Shown here in pieces: positions 12,082 to 20,771 of a stretch of DNA of 59,160 bases (its first letter is position 1; each line of letters opens with the position of its first letter). Under the pieces are notes generated by a model that saw only the letters and a list, made by a program, of their open reading frames with translations, had not been told where the DNA came from and did no database searches. The translations under genes were made by a program, and so were the position numbers. The DNA comes from Candidatus Parcubacteria bacterium (lineage in GTDB: Bacteria; Patescibacteriota; Minisyncoccia; UBA6257; HR35), in contig BPJI01000001.1 of the NCBI GenBank assembly GCA_026004535.1, positions 497,424-556,583 of the forward strand, given 5' to 3'.

Positions 12082-12456
12082 TTATATATTTTTAATTTTT
12101 ACATCTGAAGAGTTATTTTTTAGAGCGGAGCATAGTTTAATATTTAATCTTAGGGCTTTATTCAAAGCTTCCTTCGTAAAACCGGAATTACTAAATACAA
12201 TAACCTCGTCGGCATTTAAATCTCTACTTTTGGAATCAACAATATCTAATACACAGATGCCTACAGGTTTATTCCAATCTTTACATTCTATAAATAAAAA
12301 CTTTTTTCCATTATGTAAATTCCCTCTTACTTCCACGTCTATATCTCTACATCCATCTGGCCCTTTGATAATAGAATTAATTTTAATATCAGCCGATTGA
12401 TATAGTGCTTTCATAATACTCCCTACTAAATTTTGGTATTTAATTCCTTTTTTCAT
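12082..12456 (-). CDS. small PD-(D/E)xK (Mrr/restriction-endonuclease-like) protein
   Basis: 124 aa; CRDIDVEV...KKFLFIECKDW gives the D ... E-x-K core; sits directly downstream of mod. Confidence 0.6.
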   Translation of the reverse strand: MKKGIKYQNLVGSIMKALYQSADIKINSIIKGPDGCRDIDVEVRGNLHNGKKFLFIECKDWNKPVGICVLDIVDSKSRDLNADEVIVFSNSGFTKEALNKALRLNIKLCSALKNNSSDVKIKNI

Positions 12457-12460
12457 TTTT

Positions 12461-14218
12461 CTACTTAAAAATTCTCCTATATACCTTTAAAATTGCTTCA
12501 GGTATAGGAGATAGTTTGACTTTTTGTTTAACATCGGCAAAGTCTTCATCAAAAATTTCATCGCCCAGAGAAAAGACATAAACGTTGAATTTTCCTTTTA
12601 TACCTTTAATTGCTTTTTTGAAAGCCGGAATTGAAGTTTGATCCAAAATTATACCTGTATAATGATCTGAATTTTTGAAAATTTTAAACCTCTCATTGTT
12701 AATTACTTTTTCAAAAGTTCCCTCCTTTATACAAAGCATCTCTATTGCTTGTTTGGTAAATTTAATTTTATTTCTATCGGTTGGTTCATCAAAATCTACA
12801 AAATCAGTTTTAAAGTATTTTAAATTACCACCTAAGCCCCCAACCCATTCGCCCTTTAAATTTTTATATCCCTCAATAACTTTTTTAATCCTCGGATAAC
12901 AAACATCGGTGCAAATATTATTTTCATTATTAGTAACCAAAATAAATTGACGATTTCCGCCATCTTCTTTGTTAAGTTCTAAAACTGCCTGTCCAGTTGT
13001 ACCAGTACCAGCAAAAAAATCTAGAACAAGAATATCTTTTTTGTGCGAGTTGTTCTTCTCGTCAAAATAAAGAGAAATTAAATATCTTATCAAAGATGTC
13101 GGCTTAGGATAATCAAATATATTCTGCTTCCCAATAATCTTCTCAAGCTCACCACTTCCTTCCTCGGTTGTACCAACTTTTTTATTGAATCTATCTATTG
13201 CAACGAAAGGATTATTTATATTAGTGAAAATTATTTGTTTAGGAGAATCCCTAAAAACTTTATTCTTGCCATAAATAACCCTAATAGCGAAATTAGAACT
13301 TTTTATCCAAAATTTTGCCCCTTCTTTAATGTGTCTATTGACAGTATCTTGGGACCAACGGGATTTAAAAGACAAAATAAGATCACTAACATTTTTGCCA
13401 TTTTTAACTTCAACGGGTTTAATAAGCTTATATTTTTTATCTGTAGTATTTTTATAAATTCCATCTTTGATGTTAAAAATTACAGAATTAGCAGGAAAAA
13501 CTAATTTTTGTGTCTTGTTTGAGGCATTATACAATGGAGCATCATCAAATTCTGTTTTTAATCTTTGAACGAGTAATTCTCGGATTTTATCTTTAAAAAG
13601 ATGTCTAGCATAGGCTAATATGTATTCGCAGTTGGAGTAATAATTTACTTTTTGTCGTCCAAAATGTTGGGTCTTTTCCCATATAAACATGGTGATAAAA
13701 TTTTTCTCTCCAAATATTTCATCCATCAACAACTTCAACTGCGCTACTTCATTGTCATCAATTGATATAAAAACCACCCCTGTATCTTTCAGTAAATTTT
13801 TTGCTAACTTTAACCTTTTCTCCATAAATGACAACCATTTTGAGTGGCGGTAGGCGTCTTCTTTGTCAACATAATGATCGTTAAATCTCCATTCTTTTTT
13901 CTTCCCGGTATTATAAGGTGGATCAATATAAATCACGTCAACCTTGCCGGCATGGGTATAATTCAAAACAGAAAGTGCGTGGTAATTATCGCCTTCAATC
14001 AATAAATTCACTGGTTTATTTTTATCTGTAATTATTTCTTTGTTTTTAACTTCTTTCAGCACCGGCAATTTTTCCTTACACACTTCAACTACTTCTTCCG
14101 ATTTATCTTCCCAAACAAGACCATACTTCTTCCTTTTCTTCAACTCCCTTTTCAACCTTTCAATCTCAGTTTTTAACTTTTTGTTTTCTTCTATAATATT
14201 TTTAAATTTTGCTTTCAT
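12461..14218 (-). CDS. mod: Type III-like DNA methyltransferase Mod (beta-class N6A/N4C)
   Basis: 585 aa; motif IV VIYIDPPYNTG precedes SAM motif I LDFFAGTGTTGQAV (beta-class order). Confidence 0.9.
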   Translation of the reverse strand: MKAKFKNIIEENKKLKTEIERLKRELKKRKKYGLVWEDKSEEVVEVCKEKLPVLKEVKNKEIITDKNKPVNLLIEGDNYHALSVLNYTHAGKVDVIYIDPPYNTGKKKEWRFNDHYVDKEDAYRHSKWLSFMEKRLKLAKNLLKDTGVVFISIDDNEVAQLKLLMDEIFGEKNFITMFIWEKTQHFGRQKVNYYSNCEYILAYARHLFKDKIRELLVQRLKTEFDDAPLYNASNKTQKLVFPANSVIFNIKDGIYKNTTDKKYKLIKPVEVKNGKNVSDLILSFKSRWSQDTVNRHIKEGAKFWIKSSNFAIRVIYGKNKVFRDSPKQIIFTNINNPFVAIDRFNKKVGTTEEGSGELEKIIGKQNIFDYPKPTSLIRYLISLYFDEKNNSHKKDILVLDFFAGTGTTGQAVLELNKEDGGNRQFILVTNNENNICTDVCYPRIKKVIEGYKNLKGEWVGGLGGNLKYFKTDFVDFDEPTDRNKIKFTKQAIEMLCIKEGTFEKVINNERFKIFKNSDHYTGIILDQTSIPAFKKAIKGIKGKFNVYVFSLGDEIFDEDFADVKQKVKLSPIPEAILKVYRRIFK

Positions 14219-14236
14219 TATAATTTTCTATTTTTA

Positions 14237-14951
14237 TTATATCAATTTACTATTTTTAAAACTTAAATACGAGGTTTTTGTAATAATTATGTGATCTAAA
14301 ATTTCGATGCCTAAGAGTTTGCCTGCTTCTTGGAGGCGTTTGGTGATGGTAATATCGTCTTCTGATGGGGTTGGGTCGCCTGAGGGGTGGTTGTGAACTA
14401 AAATTATGCTGTTTGCTCTTTGTCTTATTGCTTCAGCAAAAACTTCGCGAGGATGGACTAATGATGAATTTAAAGTGCCAATTGAGATTTCGCTGATTAC
14501 ATAGTTTCTTGTATTTAAGGCAATTATATAAAAATGTTCTTTGTTGTAATCTTTGAGTTTGCTTTTAATTAATTTAAAAACATCTTCTGGAGATAAAATT
14601 TTCTTTGCTTTTGGCTGTTCTTCTATTTGAAGGTTATATCTTTTTGCTAATTCTAAAACTGCTTTAATTTGAGTTGCCTTTGCCAAACCTAATCCTTTAA
14701 TTGACATTAATTCTTCTAAACTTGCCTCTAAGTAGATTTTTAAGGTTTCCAAAATGAGATAATAATTTTTGAGATAAAACTGCTACTGATTCTCCACTTC
14801 TTCCACTTCTTAAAATTATTTGTAAGAGTTCTTGAATTGAAAGCGCTTCTGCTCCAAATTTTATTAATCTCTCTCGAGGTCTTTCATCTTTAGGAAGATC
14901 TCTCAAAGTAAAAGACTTAACTTTTTGAACTTTATATTTTTCATTTTTCAT
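14237..14951 (-). pseudogene. radC: RadC-like JAB/MPN protein split by a 1-nt frameshift
   Basis: ORF 14697..14951 (…RPRERLIKFGAEALSIQELLQIILRSG…HFGNLKNLL) and ORF 14237..14752 (…EASLEELMSIKGLGLAKATQ…HNHPSGDPTPSEDD) are the two halves of one RadC protein. Frames switch near 14727-14731. Confidence 0.8.
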
Positions 14952-15108
14952 CTTTTACAAACATATCCTTTAATATCCCATAAAATTTTTCTTTATAACT
15001 CTGCGCCATTTAATTAAATTTTAGCACATCTTGAAAAATAATAAACCTTATCTACCTTAAAAATCATCTAAATTTTTCCCATATCCTTTTTCTACTTCTC
15101 TCTTTTTG

Positions 15109-15163
15109 ATACAAAACAACATTCTAATATTCTATAGAATGTTAGAATATTTTTGTTTTGTAT
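15109..15163. repeat. palindromic repeat, short form
   Basis: ATACAAAACAACATTCTAATATTCTATAGAATGTTAGAATATTTTTGTTTTGTAT; abuts the vapC stop codon (15164). Confidence 0.9.
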
Positions 15164-15532
15164 TTATTGAGGTGCAATTATTTTAAGATTTTTTACTTTT
15201 TTAAAGTCAGAGATATTATAAGTAACGAGTATTGAATCAGTTAATATCGTTGAAGCAGATATAACAGCATCTATTGTCTTTAAATTAAATTTTCTTCTTA
15301 ATTCTCCTGCTAATTTTGCTATTTCAAAATCTAAATTAACAATCACAAAATCTTTAATTAAATCAAAAAATATTTTCTCACTTTGACTATCCAATTTAGG
15401 ATAAGATAAAAATTCAGTTATAACTACCGTGGGCACAAAGAAAACTGATTCCTTATTTTTATTGATAAAATTAAATGTTTTTTGATCACCGTTAAAGTAA
15501 AAAATTAAAATATTTGTATCTAAAGTAAACAT
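15164..15532 (-). CDS. vapC: PIN-domain toxin (VapC-like)
   Basis: 122 aa; acidic PIN residues in context (FTLDTNILI, VVITEFLSY, TIDAVISAS, YNISDF); preceded by a small overlapping ORF. Confidence 0.8.
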   Translation of the reverse strand: MFTLDTNILIFYFNGDQKTFNFINKNKESVFFVPTVVITEFLSYPKLDSQSEKIFFDLIKDFVIVNLDFEIAKLAGELRRKFNLKTIDAVISASTILTDSILVTYNISDFKKVKNLKIIAPQ

Positions 15533-15690
15533 TAATTTAATTTTCTATTTTCTCTTATCTTACTTTGCCATTTTTTAGGTTCTGGTCCTTTTTTATTTCT
15601 CCAGATACCAAAAGCTTTTAGCCATTTATCCCAGTCCTTCTTTGTTGTCAATCTTTGATTAATTGTTAAATTTAATGTTTTCTGTTTCAT
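15532..15690 (-). CDS. putative antitoxin of VapC-like toxin
   Basis: 52-aa ORF below the track cutoff: MKQKTLNLTINQRLTTKKDWDKWLKAFGIWRNKKGPEPKKWQSKIRENRKLN; its stop overlaps the vapC start (TAATG). Confidence 0.55.
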   Translation of the reverse strand: MKQKTLNLTINQRLTTKKDWDKWLKAFGIWRNKKGPEPKKWQSKIRENRKLN

Positions 15691-15830
15691 TTTATCTAAT
15701 TTTAACATATTTTTTATGAAATTTTTCTTTATAATTCTGAGGTGTTAGATTAATTAAATTTTAACAAATCTTTGAAAAAATAAATATAATTCTATCTTTT
15801 CCAAAATTATTTCACCTTCTCCTCTTTTTG

Positions 15831-15885
15831 ATACAAAACAACATTCTAATATTCTATAGAATGTTAGAATATTTTTGTTTTGTAT
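15831..15885. repeat. palindromic repeat, short form
   Basis: Identical to the copy at 15109..15163; the identical stretch is 68 bp (15822..15889 = 15100..15167). Confidence 0.9.
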
Positions 15886-16033
15886 TTATCATTAGAACTT
15901 CCTCTCTATTGGTTTATTTTAATTAATAATATTCTAAATTTACACTGGGACTAATAAATATCTTATATATTCTTCATCTAAAACTTTGTCATAGCTATCA
16001 GGAGATTATAAAATATTTAGCATATAATCAAAT

Positions 16034-18331
16034 TTAATATAAAATCTCTCCTTCAAATTTTGGGTCATAAGGAAACAGAATCTCCTCAGCTTGAATTTTG
16101 AGTCTAATAATTTCATCTTTTGTAAGCATTAATGGTTGAACAAAATCAATTGTCAGAATGGGTATGACATATTGAGGATCTACATATTTAAGCGAGAAGT
16201 CATATTCTTGAATCGGGATTTCTTCTGTTGGAACTTTTGTTAATTGTACTGAAAGATTCGTAAAAAGTAAACTATTTTGAAAATTAGCGCTTGGTGGAAA
16301 GATTATTGTTATTCTATTGACTTTAACATTATTTAAAAGTTTATACTCCCAATTAATTCCTATAGGAACAGAAACATATCCGGGCCTAAATTCTGGTTCA
16401 CGATAAATTTGCTGAAAACTACTTGTTATATCATTACAATCAATCATTTTTGTCGAGGTGGAGATTGTTTTTATTGTTTGATTGTCATTTTTTAAGTTAA
16501 GTTGAAAATAAATATCTGTGTTAGGAAGAAAATCTAATTGAAGTTGACAAATGTTTAGATTGAATTGTTGATTTGAAAGAATTGAAAAGGTTGTGGTTGC
16601 TATTAATAGATAGTCAGTTGAGGTTGATGAAGTTGAGACTTTAATTTCATAAATTAGATCTTGATCATAATAAGCTGGTGAAAACCAAGATAAAAGATAA
16701 TTTTTGTCTTCTGTTTTAATTTGAAAATCTAAAATATTCTTAATTGTTGATTTAGTGATTAATGAATTTTCTGGATTTAAAGGAGCATAAACAAAATCAT
16801 TTGAAGGATTATTAGTTGAATAAGCATTGCCTAAATTTTGATTAATTATTGTCTCAGATGATGAGGTTGATGTTTTCTTTCTTTGCAAAGATAAAGATGT
16901 TGAAGTTGGGTTGGCGACACAATCATTAAAATTAGTAATATTTCCCCAACAAACATAGTCTATTTGATTATTATCTTTGTCATATAATATTAAACCATTA
17001 TTTTTAGCTAAATTATGGGATTTGGCATAAATAAAATCTGACTGAGTTGTCATTTCTAAAGAAGTATTGTTGTTGACTAATAGAAAATAAGAAAAAGCAG
17101 GAATAATACCTTTAAATTTTGATGAAGGAATAATTGTTGTTGATGAACCTGTGCTTTTTATTCTTTCAATTCTCCAATCTGTTAAATCAATATTAAAGTC
17201 ATTAGGATTATAAAGTTCAATATATTCACCAGTTGATGTGCCTTCTTTGATATAAATTTCAGAAAATAAAATTTTTCCTGTTGAAGGTGTGGCTGTTGAA
17301 ATGTTTTGAATTAGAATTGGTTCTTGGGGGTTGCATAGATCTTGGGGCAAATCTGTTGAAGAAGTTGAAAAAGTATAGTTTTCTTCATCTAATTTGTCTT
17401 TTAAAAATAAGGCAAAATAATAGATTGTTGAAGTTGTAGGACATTTATTTATTTCAAAAAATAAGGTTGTAGTTGAATTATTAAATTGTGGTTGAGGAAA
17501 TGTTGATGAAGTACCAAAGTCTTCTAATTTAAAAGTTGAAAAATTAGTTGAAGTTGAGATTAAAAGATCGTAGAAATAATTTGTTGAAGATAGATTTAAT
17601 AATGGCTCTTGGAAAGTAATATTTAAATATATAGATTCTTCAGTTGATGTAATTTCAACAATAAAATTATCTATTTTTACTTGCGAAAGATCAATAAAGT
17701 CTTCTCTTAGTTTTCTTGATATTGATTTTGAATTTTCAGGGTTAGGATTTCTTAACCAAAAGTCTTGTGAGTTATTGTCTGTGTCTTGTAAATTTTTTCT
17801 TTGAATTGATTTATTTTCAAAATTTAAAGAAATAAATGGTTCTATTTCAGATTGATAGATTTTTTCTTTGTTGTCTCCATAACCAACTAAATCTGATATT
17901 TCTCCATTTGGTTTTCTTAAAATAATTGTATTATTTTTAGATATTGAATAGCTTTGAGCATAAGTTAGGTCTGCTTGATAGTTATCTTTAAATTCTTCAG
18001 CTGAAATTAAAAAGAATGAATAGGGTTTGATTTTGCCTTGAAATTTTGATTGAGGAATTAAAGTATAGAGATTAGGAGTTGAGGTTGAATCAGGATTTTT
18101 TGAAGAATATTTTTCTAATTTCCAGCAGGTTAAGTCTATTTCTTCGTTGTTTGGATTGTAAAGTTCAATATATTCGTCATCAGTACTTGAAGCTGATTCA
18201 GATTGAATTTCAGATATTAAGATATTAGGATATTGTTTGTTTTTGTAATTTTCACAAGGATCTTTTAGTTGAGAAAAAGAATTTGAAGTTCTTATATCTG
18301 CTCCACCTCCTATATAAGTTAAATTATTCAT
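16034..18331 (-). CDS. lamin-tail-domain (LTD) repeat surface protein; probably the 3' part of a decayed larger gene
   Basis: 765 aa; two LTD signatures (ILISEIQSES..DEYIELYNPNNEEIDLTCWKL and ILFSEIYIKEG..GEYIELYNPNDFNIDLTDWRI); Ser/Thr-rich linkers; no signal peptide at the annotated start; frame stays open upstream to 18904. Confidence 0.7.
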   Translation of the reverse strand: MNNLTYIGGGADIRTSNSFSQLKDPCENYKNKQYPNILISEIQSESASSTDDEYIELYNPNNEEIDLTCWKLEKYSSKNPDSTSTPNLYTLIPQSKFQGKIKPYSFFLISAEEFKDNYQADLTYAQSYSISKNNTIILRKPNGEISDLVGYGDNKEKIYQSEIEPFISLNFENKSIQRKNLQDTDNNSQDFWLRNPNPENSKSISRKLREDFIDLSQVKIDNFIVEITSTEESIYLNITFQEPLLNLSSTNYFYDLLISTSTNFSTFKLEDFGTSSTFPQPQFNNSTTTLFFEINKCPTTSTIYYFALFLKDKLDEENYTFSTSSTDLPQDLCNPQEPILIQNISTATPSTGKILFSEIYIKEGTSTGEYIELYNPNDFNIDLTDWRIERIKSTGSSTTIIPSSKFKGIIPAFSYFLLVNNNTSLEMTTQSDFIYAKSHNLAKNNGLILYDKDNNQIDYVCWGNITNFNDCVANPTSTSLSLQRKKTSTSSSETIINQNLGNAYSTNNPSNDFVYAPLNPENSLITKSTIKNILDFQIKTEDKNYLLSWFSPAYYDQDLIYEIKVSTSSTSTDYLLIATTTFSILSNQQFNLNICQLQLDFLPNTDIYFQLNLKNDNQTIKTISTSTKMIDCNDITSSFQQIYREPEFRPGYVSVPIGINWEYKLLNNVKVNRITIIFPPSANFQNSLLFTNLSVQLTKVPTEEIPIQEYDFSLKYVDPQYVIPILTIDFVQPLMLTKDEIIRLKIQAEEILFPYDPKFEGEILY

Positions 18332-19477
18332 TGTTGTTGGTACTATTTGTTGTCTTAAAGATGTTGTTGTTTGAGTTGAGGTTTGAATTTTAATTTGATT
18401 TGTTCTATCTGTAGTTGTTGGTAATCTTACGATTTCGTACGTCGTAAATTTGTTTATTTCTCTTTTTTCTTCTGTGTAAGTGATAATATTTTCTTTCTTT
18501 TCTTCTTTATAGGTTATTGTTTGAGTTTGAGTTTGTGGTTGAATATTTAATTGAAGTTTTGAGATTGAAGTTGAAGTTGGTTGAGAAAAAATTTGACCTA
18601 AATATGGGGGTGTTGATTCTTTGTAACCTAAGGCTATAAGTCTTATTTCTAAAGTTTGTTTTTGTTTTTCAAGATTAGCTAATTTTGTTTGTTTTTGTTT
18701 AGCTACTTCTGTTTTAAGACATTCTTTCTTTTGTTTAATTGACCAATTGTTTTCTGTACATTGAAGAAATCTATCTTTAATTACTGAAAGAGCACAAGAA
18801 TAATTATTAGTTGAACAATCATAAACAAAGATAGTATCTTGAAGTATTTGCTCCCAGTCTTGTTTTTTAGACTTATAATCATCATGAATATTCGCCGGTT
18901 TGTATCACCATTGTATTTTATTATAGCCGACGCTCTTCATTCTCATTGAATTCCATCTTTAAATAAGTTTCAAAGCTGCAGCATATAATGAATCTTCTAG
19001 ATTCCAAGGATTTTTATTTTTAAGTTCTGGATAAGATAACCAAGTTGTAGGTTGAAATTGAGTGTAACCAATACCAAAATCTGGAGAAAAAGGAACTTTG
19101 TTGATATCTAAGACCTAAATTTTTAGGTTATTTTTTCTAAAGCTGAGTATTGCTCTGTACACCAACTTGTTCGAGCTGTTGTAGAATAGCATTTTGTACC
19201 CTCAATAGGCCTGGGTCTACTTCTAAGTACATCACAATACTCTACACATCTCTGAATATTGCTTATCTTTATCGCCCAAATTGTTTCCCATAATCTTTAG
19301 TAAATCCACTCTCTTTTTCTAAAATGGTTAATAAATAGGAAGGCGTTTTAAGCCCTGATTATTTTAGTTACCTCTATCCACAGCTTCAATAATTTCTTCC
19401 CTCCAGGCAAGAGCAATTACGCCTACAATTATGACAAGAAGGTAAATTAAAATAATTAACCGCGCACTCTGCTTCAT
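18332..19477 (-). pseudogene. decayed 5' region of the LTD gene (signal anchor + lytic-transglycosylase-like segment)
   Basis: ATG at comp(19475..19477) is in frame with the LTD ORF and encodes MKQSARLIILIYLLVIIVGVIALA. I count 10 in-frame stops (TAA, TAG and TGA) in the next 190 codons. The segment VPFSPDFGIGYTQFQPTTWLSY..NPWNLEDSLYAAALKL is SLT-like. Confidence 0.7.
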
Positions 19478-19886
19478 AGTTCATTGCTAAAAATTTAAAT
19501 GTCACAATATATTTTTCTAAAGCTTCGTTAGCTATAATTTTGATAATTTTCTTATTTTTTAAAGGCTACGTGATCCCCAAAGTAGTTTCAAGAATACCAA
19601 TCTCCTCTGTCGATCATATTTTTTATAGATAATCTGATTTTATAAAAATCATAATTGTTAATTGAAATGTTTAGAAGGAACGCTAATCGTTCTCTAAAAG
19701 TGGTTATATTATCTCTTGTCCAACCTTCCTTCGCTCGATGGTAGTAGTGGCTCATAGAATTTTCTCGATAGCTTTCTAGTTCTTCATTATAAATTTCGCC
19801 ATCGTCCGAAGTCCATGATATATATAGAAATCACTGTCCACTGCCTCGTTACGTGGTGCTCCAAATCTTATTAAGCTCCAGGATCA

Positions 19887-20267
19887 TCAAAATGTAATAG
19901 CTTCAGTGTCCCTACTTTGATTCAATATCAATTCCTTAGGTATCTCTATTTGATAACCTTCAGCATGATTAATAACCAATTTTCTGTCTCCTTTATCTAT
20001 TATTTCTACTCCTTCAAGTCGGATGTCAGTTGTGGTGGAAATGTAAGATTCAAAATCTAAAGCTCTTGATACTTTTTCAGCATATTCTTCTTCATTGAAT
20101 TTCTTTGTTTTTTCTATTTCTTGTTCTATTTGTTGAAGCTGTTGTTTAGTTTGTTCTATTTTTTTATTGATTGTTAGTTTTTGATAAAGAAAATAGCCTC
20201 CAACTGATAATAAAAGAAGAAAAACTATAAATAAGGATAAAATATCTTTCTTTGTTAAACTTTGCAT
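19887..20267 (-). CDS. membrane-anchored hypothetical protein (possibly truncated)
   Basis: 126 aa; N-terminal TM helix, coiled coil; DNA downstream (19478..19886) has no ORF of 60 aa or more in any frame. Confidence 0.4.
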   Translation of the reverse strand: MQSLTKKDILSLFIVFLLLLSVGGYFLYQKLTINKKIEQTKQQLQQIEQEIEKTKKFNEEEYAEKVSRALDFESYISTTTDIRLEGVEIIDKGDRKLVINHAEGYQIEIPKELILNQSRDTEAITF

Positions 20268-20360
20268 TATTTAAATTAACGACAATTATTTCGAAAAACG
20301 ACCTAATATAATTTTATTATAAAAATTTTTTAAAAACTTCACTAGTAATATATTTCTTTT

Positions 20361-20457
20361 ATACAAAACAATATTCTAACATTCTATAGACTACAACCCA
20401 CCCTCCGCATCCTCCCGTTTTTCGAACGGCCACTGTTAGAATATTTTTATCTTGTAT
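20361..20457. repeat. palindromic repeat, long form with ~45-nt GC-rich module
   Basis: ATACAAAACAATATTCTAACATTCTATAG-ACTACAACCCACCCTCCGCATCCTCCCGTTTTTCGAACGGCCAC-TGTTAGAATATTTTTATCTTGTAT. Confidence 0.9.
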
Positions 20458-20477
20458 TTATTAGTTAAAAACGAGGT

Positions 20478-20747
20478 TTATTCGAAATTTTTTATAAATT
20501 CAATAAATTTCTTGCCGTAGGGAGATAAAAAATGGATTACGTTTCTGCCTTGATATTTTTTGTTTAAAAGTCCAGCGCGAACTAAAATGCGAGTATGTTG
20601 AGAAATGTTTTTAAAATTTCCATTAAGTTCATCAGTGATCTCTTCTACTGAAAGTCCTGGGTTTTTATCAATTAAAAGCAAAATAGATATTCGCCAATGA
20701 TTAGCTACTCCTTTAAAATATCTTTCTAATTGTTTAGGCTTTTTCAT
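20478..20747 (-). CDS. ArsR/SmtB-family winged-helix transcriptional regulator
   Basis: 89 aa; ANHWRISILLLIDKNPGLSVEEITDELNGNFKNISQHTRILVRAGLL matches the ArsR HTH pattern. Confidence 0.75.
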   Translation of the reverse strand: MKKPKQLERYFKGVANHWRISILLLIDKNPGLSVEEITDELNGNFKNISQHTRILVRAGLLNKKYQGRNVIHFLSPYGKKFIEFIKNFE

Positions 20748-20771
20748 AATTTAATTATATTGAAGATTTTG

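Noticed and set aside
12068-14294. Plus-strand ORFs antisense to the PD-(D/E)xK and mod genes (12068..12400, 12675..12899, 13235..13504, 14040..14294), and similar antisense ORFs elsewhere in the track (for example 6390..7003, 24676..24897, 25841..26125, 27913..29233, 47981..48223, 58549..58767)
   Set aside because: Each is fully embedded opposite a gene with strong family motifs. They translate to low-complexity F/L/I/S/K-rich peptides, so they are shadow ORFs.
15109-15163. Integron attC sites / gene-cassette array (palindromes flanking small accessory genes; TTCTAAC and GTTAGAA resemble the RYYYAAC and GTTRRRY cores)
   Set aside because: The cores each miss the consensus by one position. 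The hairpins are near-perfect, without the extrahelical bases typical of attC. Copies are dispersed over 48 kb among housekeeping genes, and no integron integrase or attI is present.
18332-19477. Stop-codon reassignment (alternative genetic code) as an explanation for the in-frame stops
   Set aside because: All three stop codons occur among the 10 in-frame stops. Conserved motifs are split across frames, so indels are also present. Well-supported genes in the window terminate normally at TAA, TAG and TGA.
20390-20436. Self-cleaving ribozyme (hammerhead, twister, pistol) in the GC-rich module of the long palindromes
   Set aside because: CUGAAAGA does not satisfy the hammerhead CUGANGA core. 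I could not place the twister (AAGC.GCC / GGUCCCAAGCCC) or pistol conserved nucleotides. Only a single small hairpin is supported.
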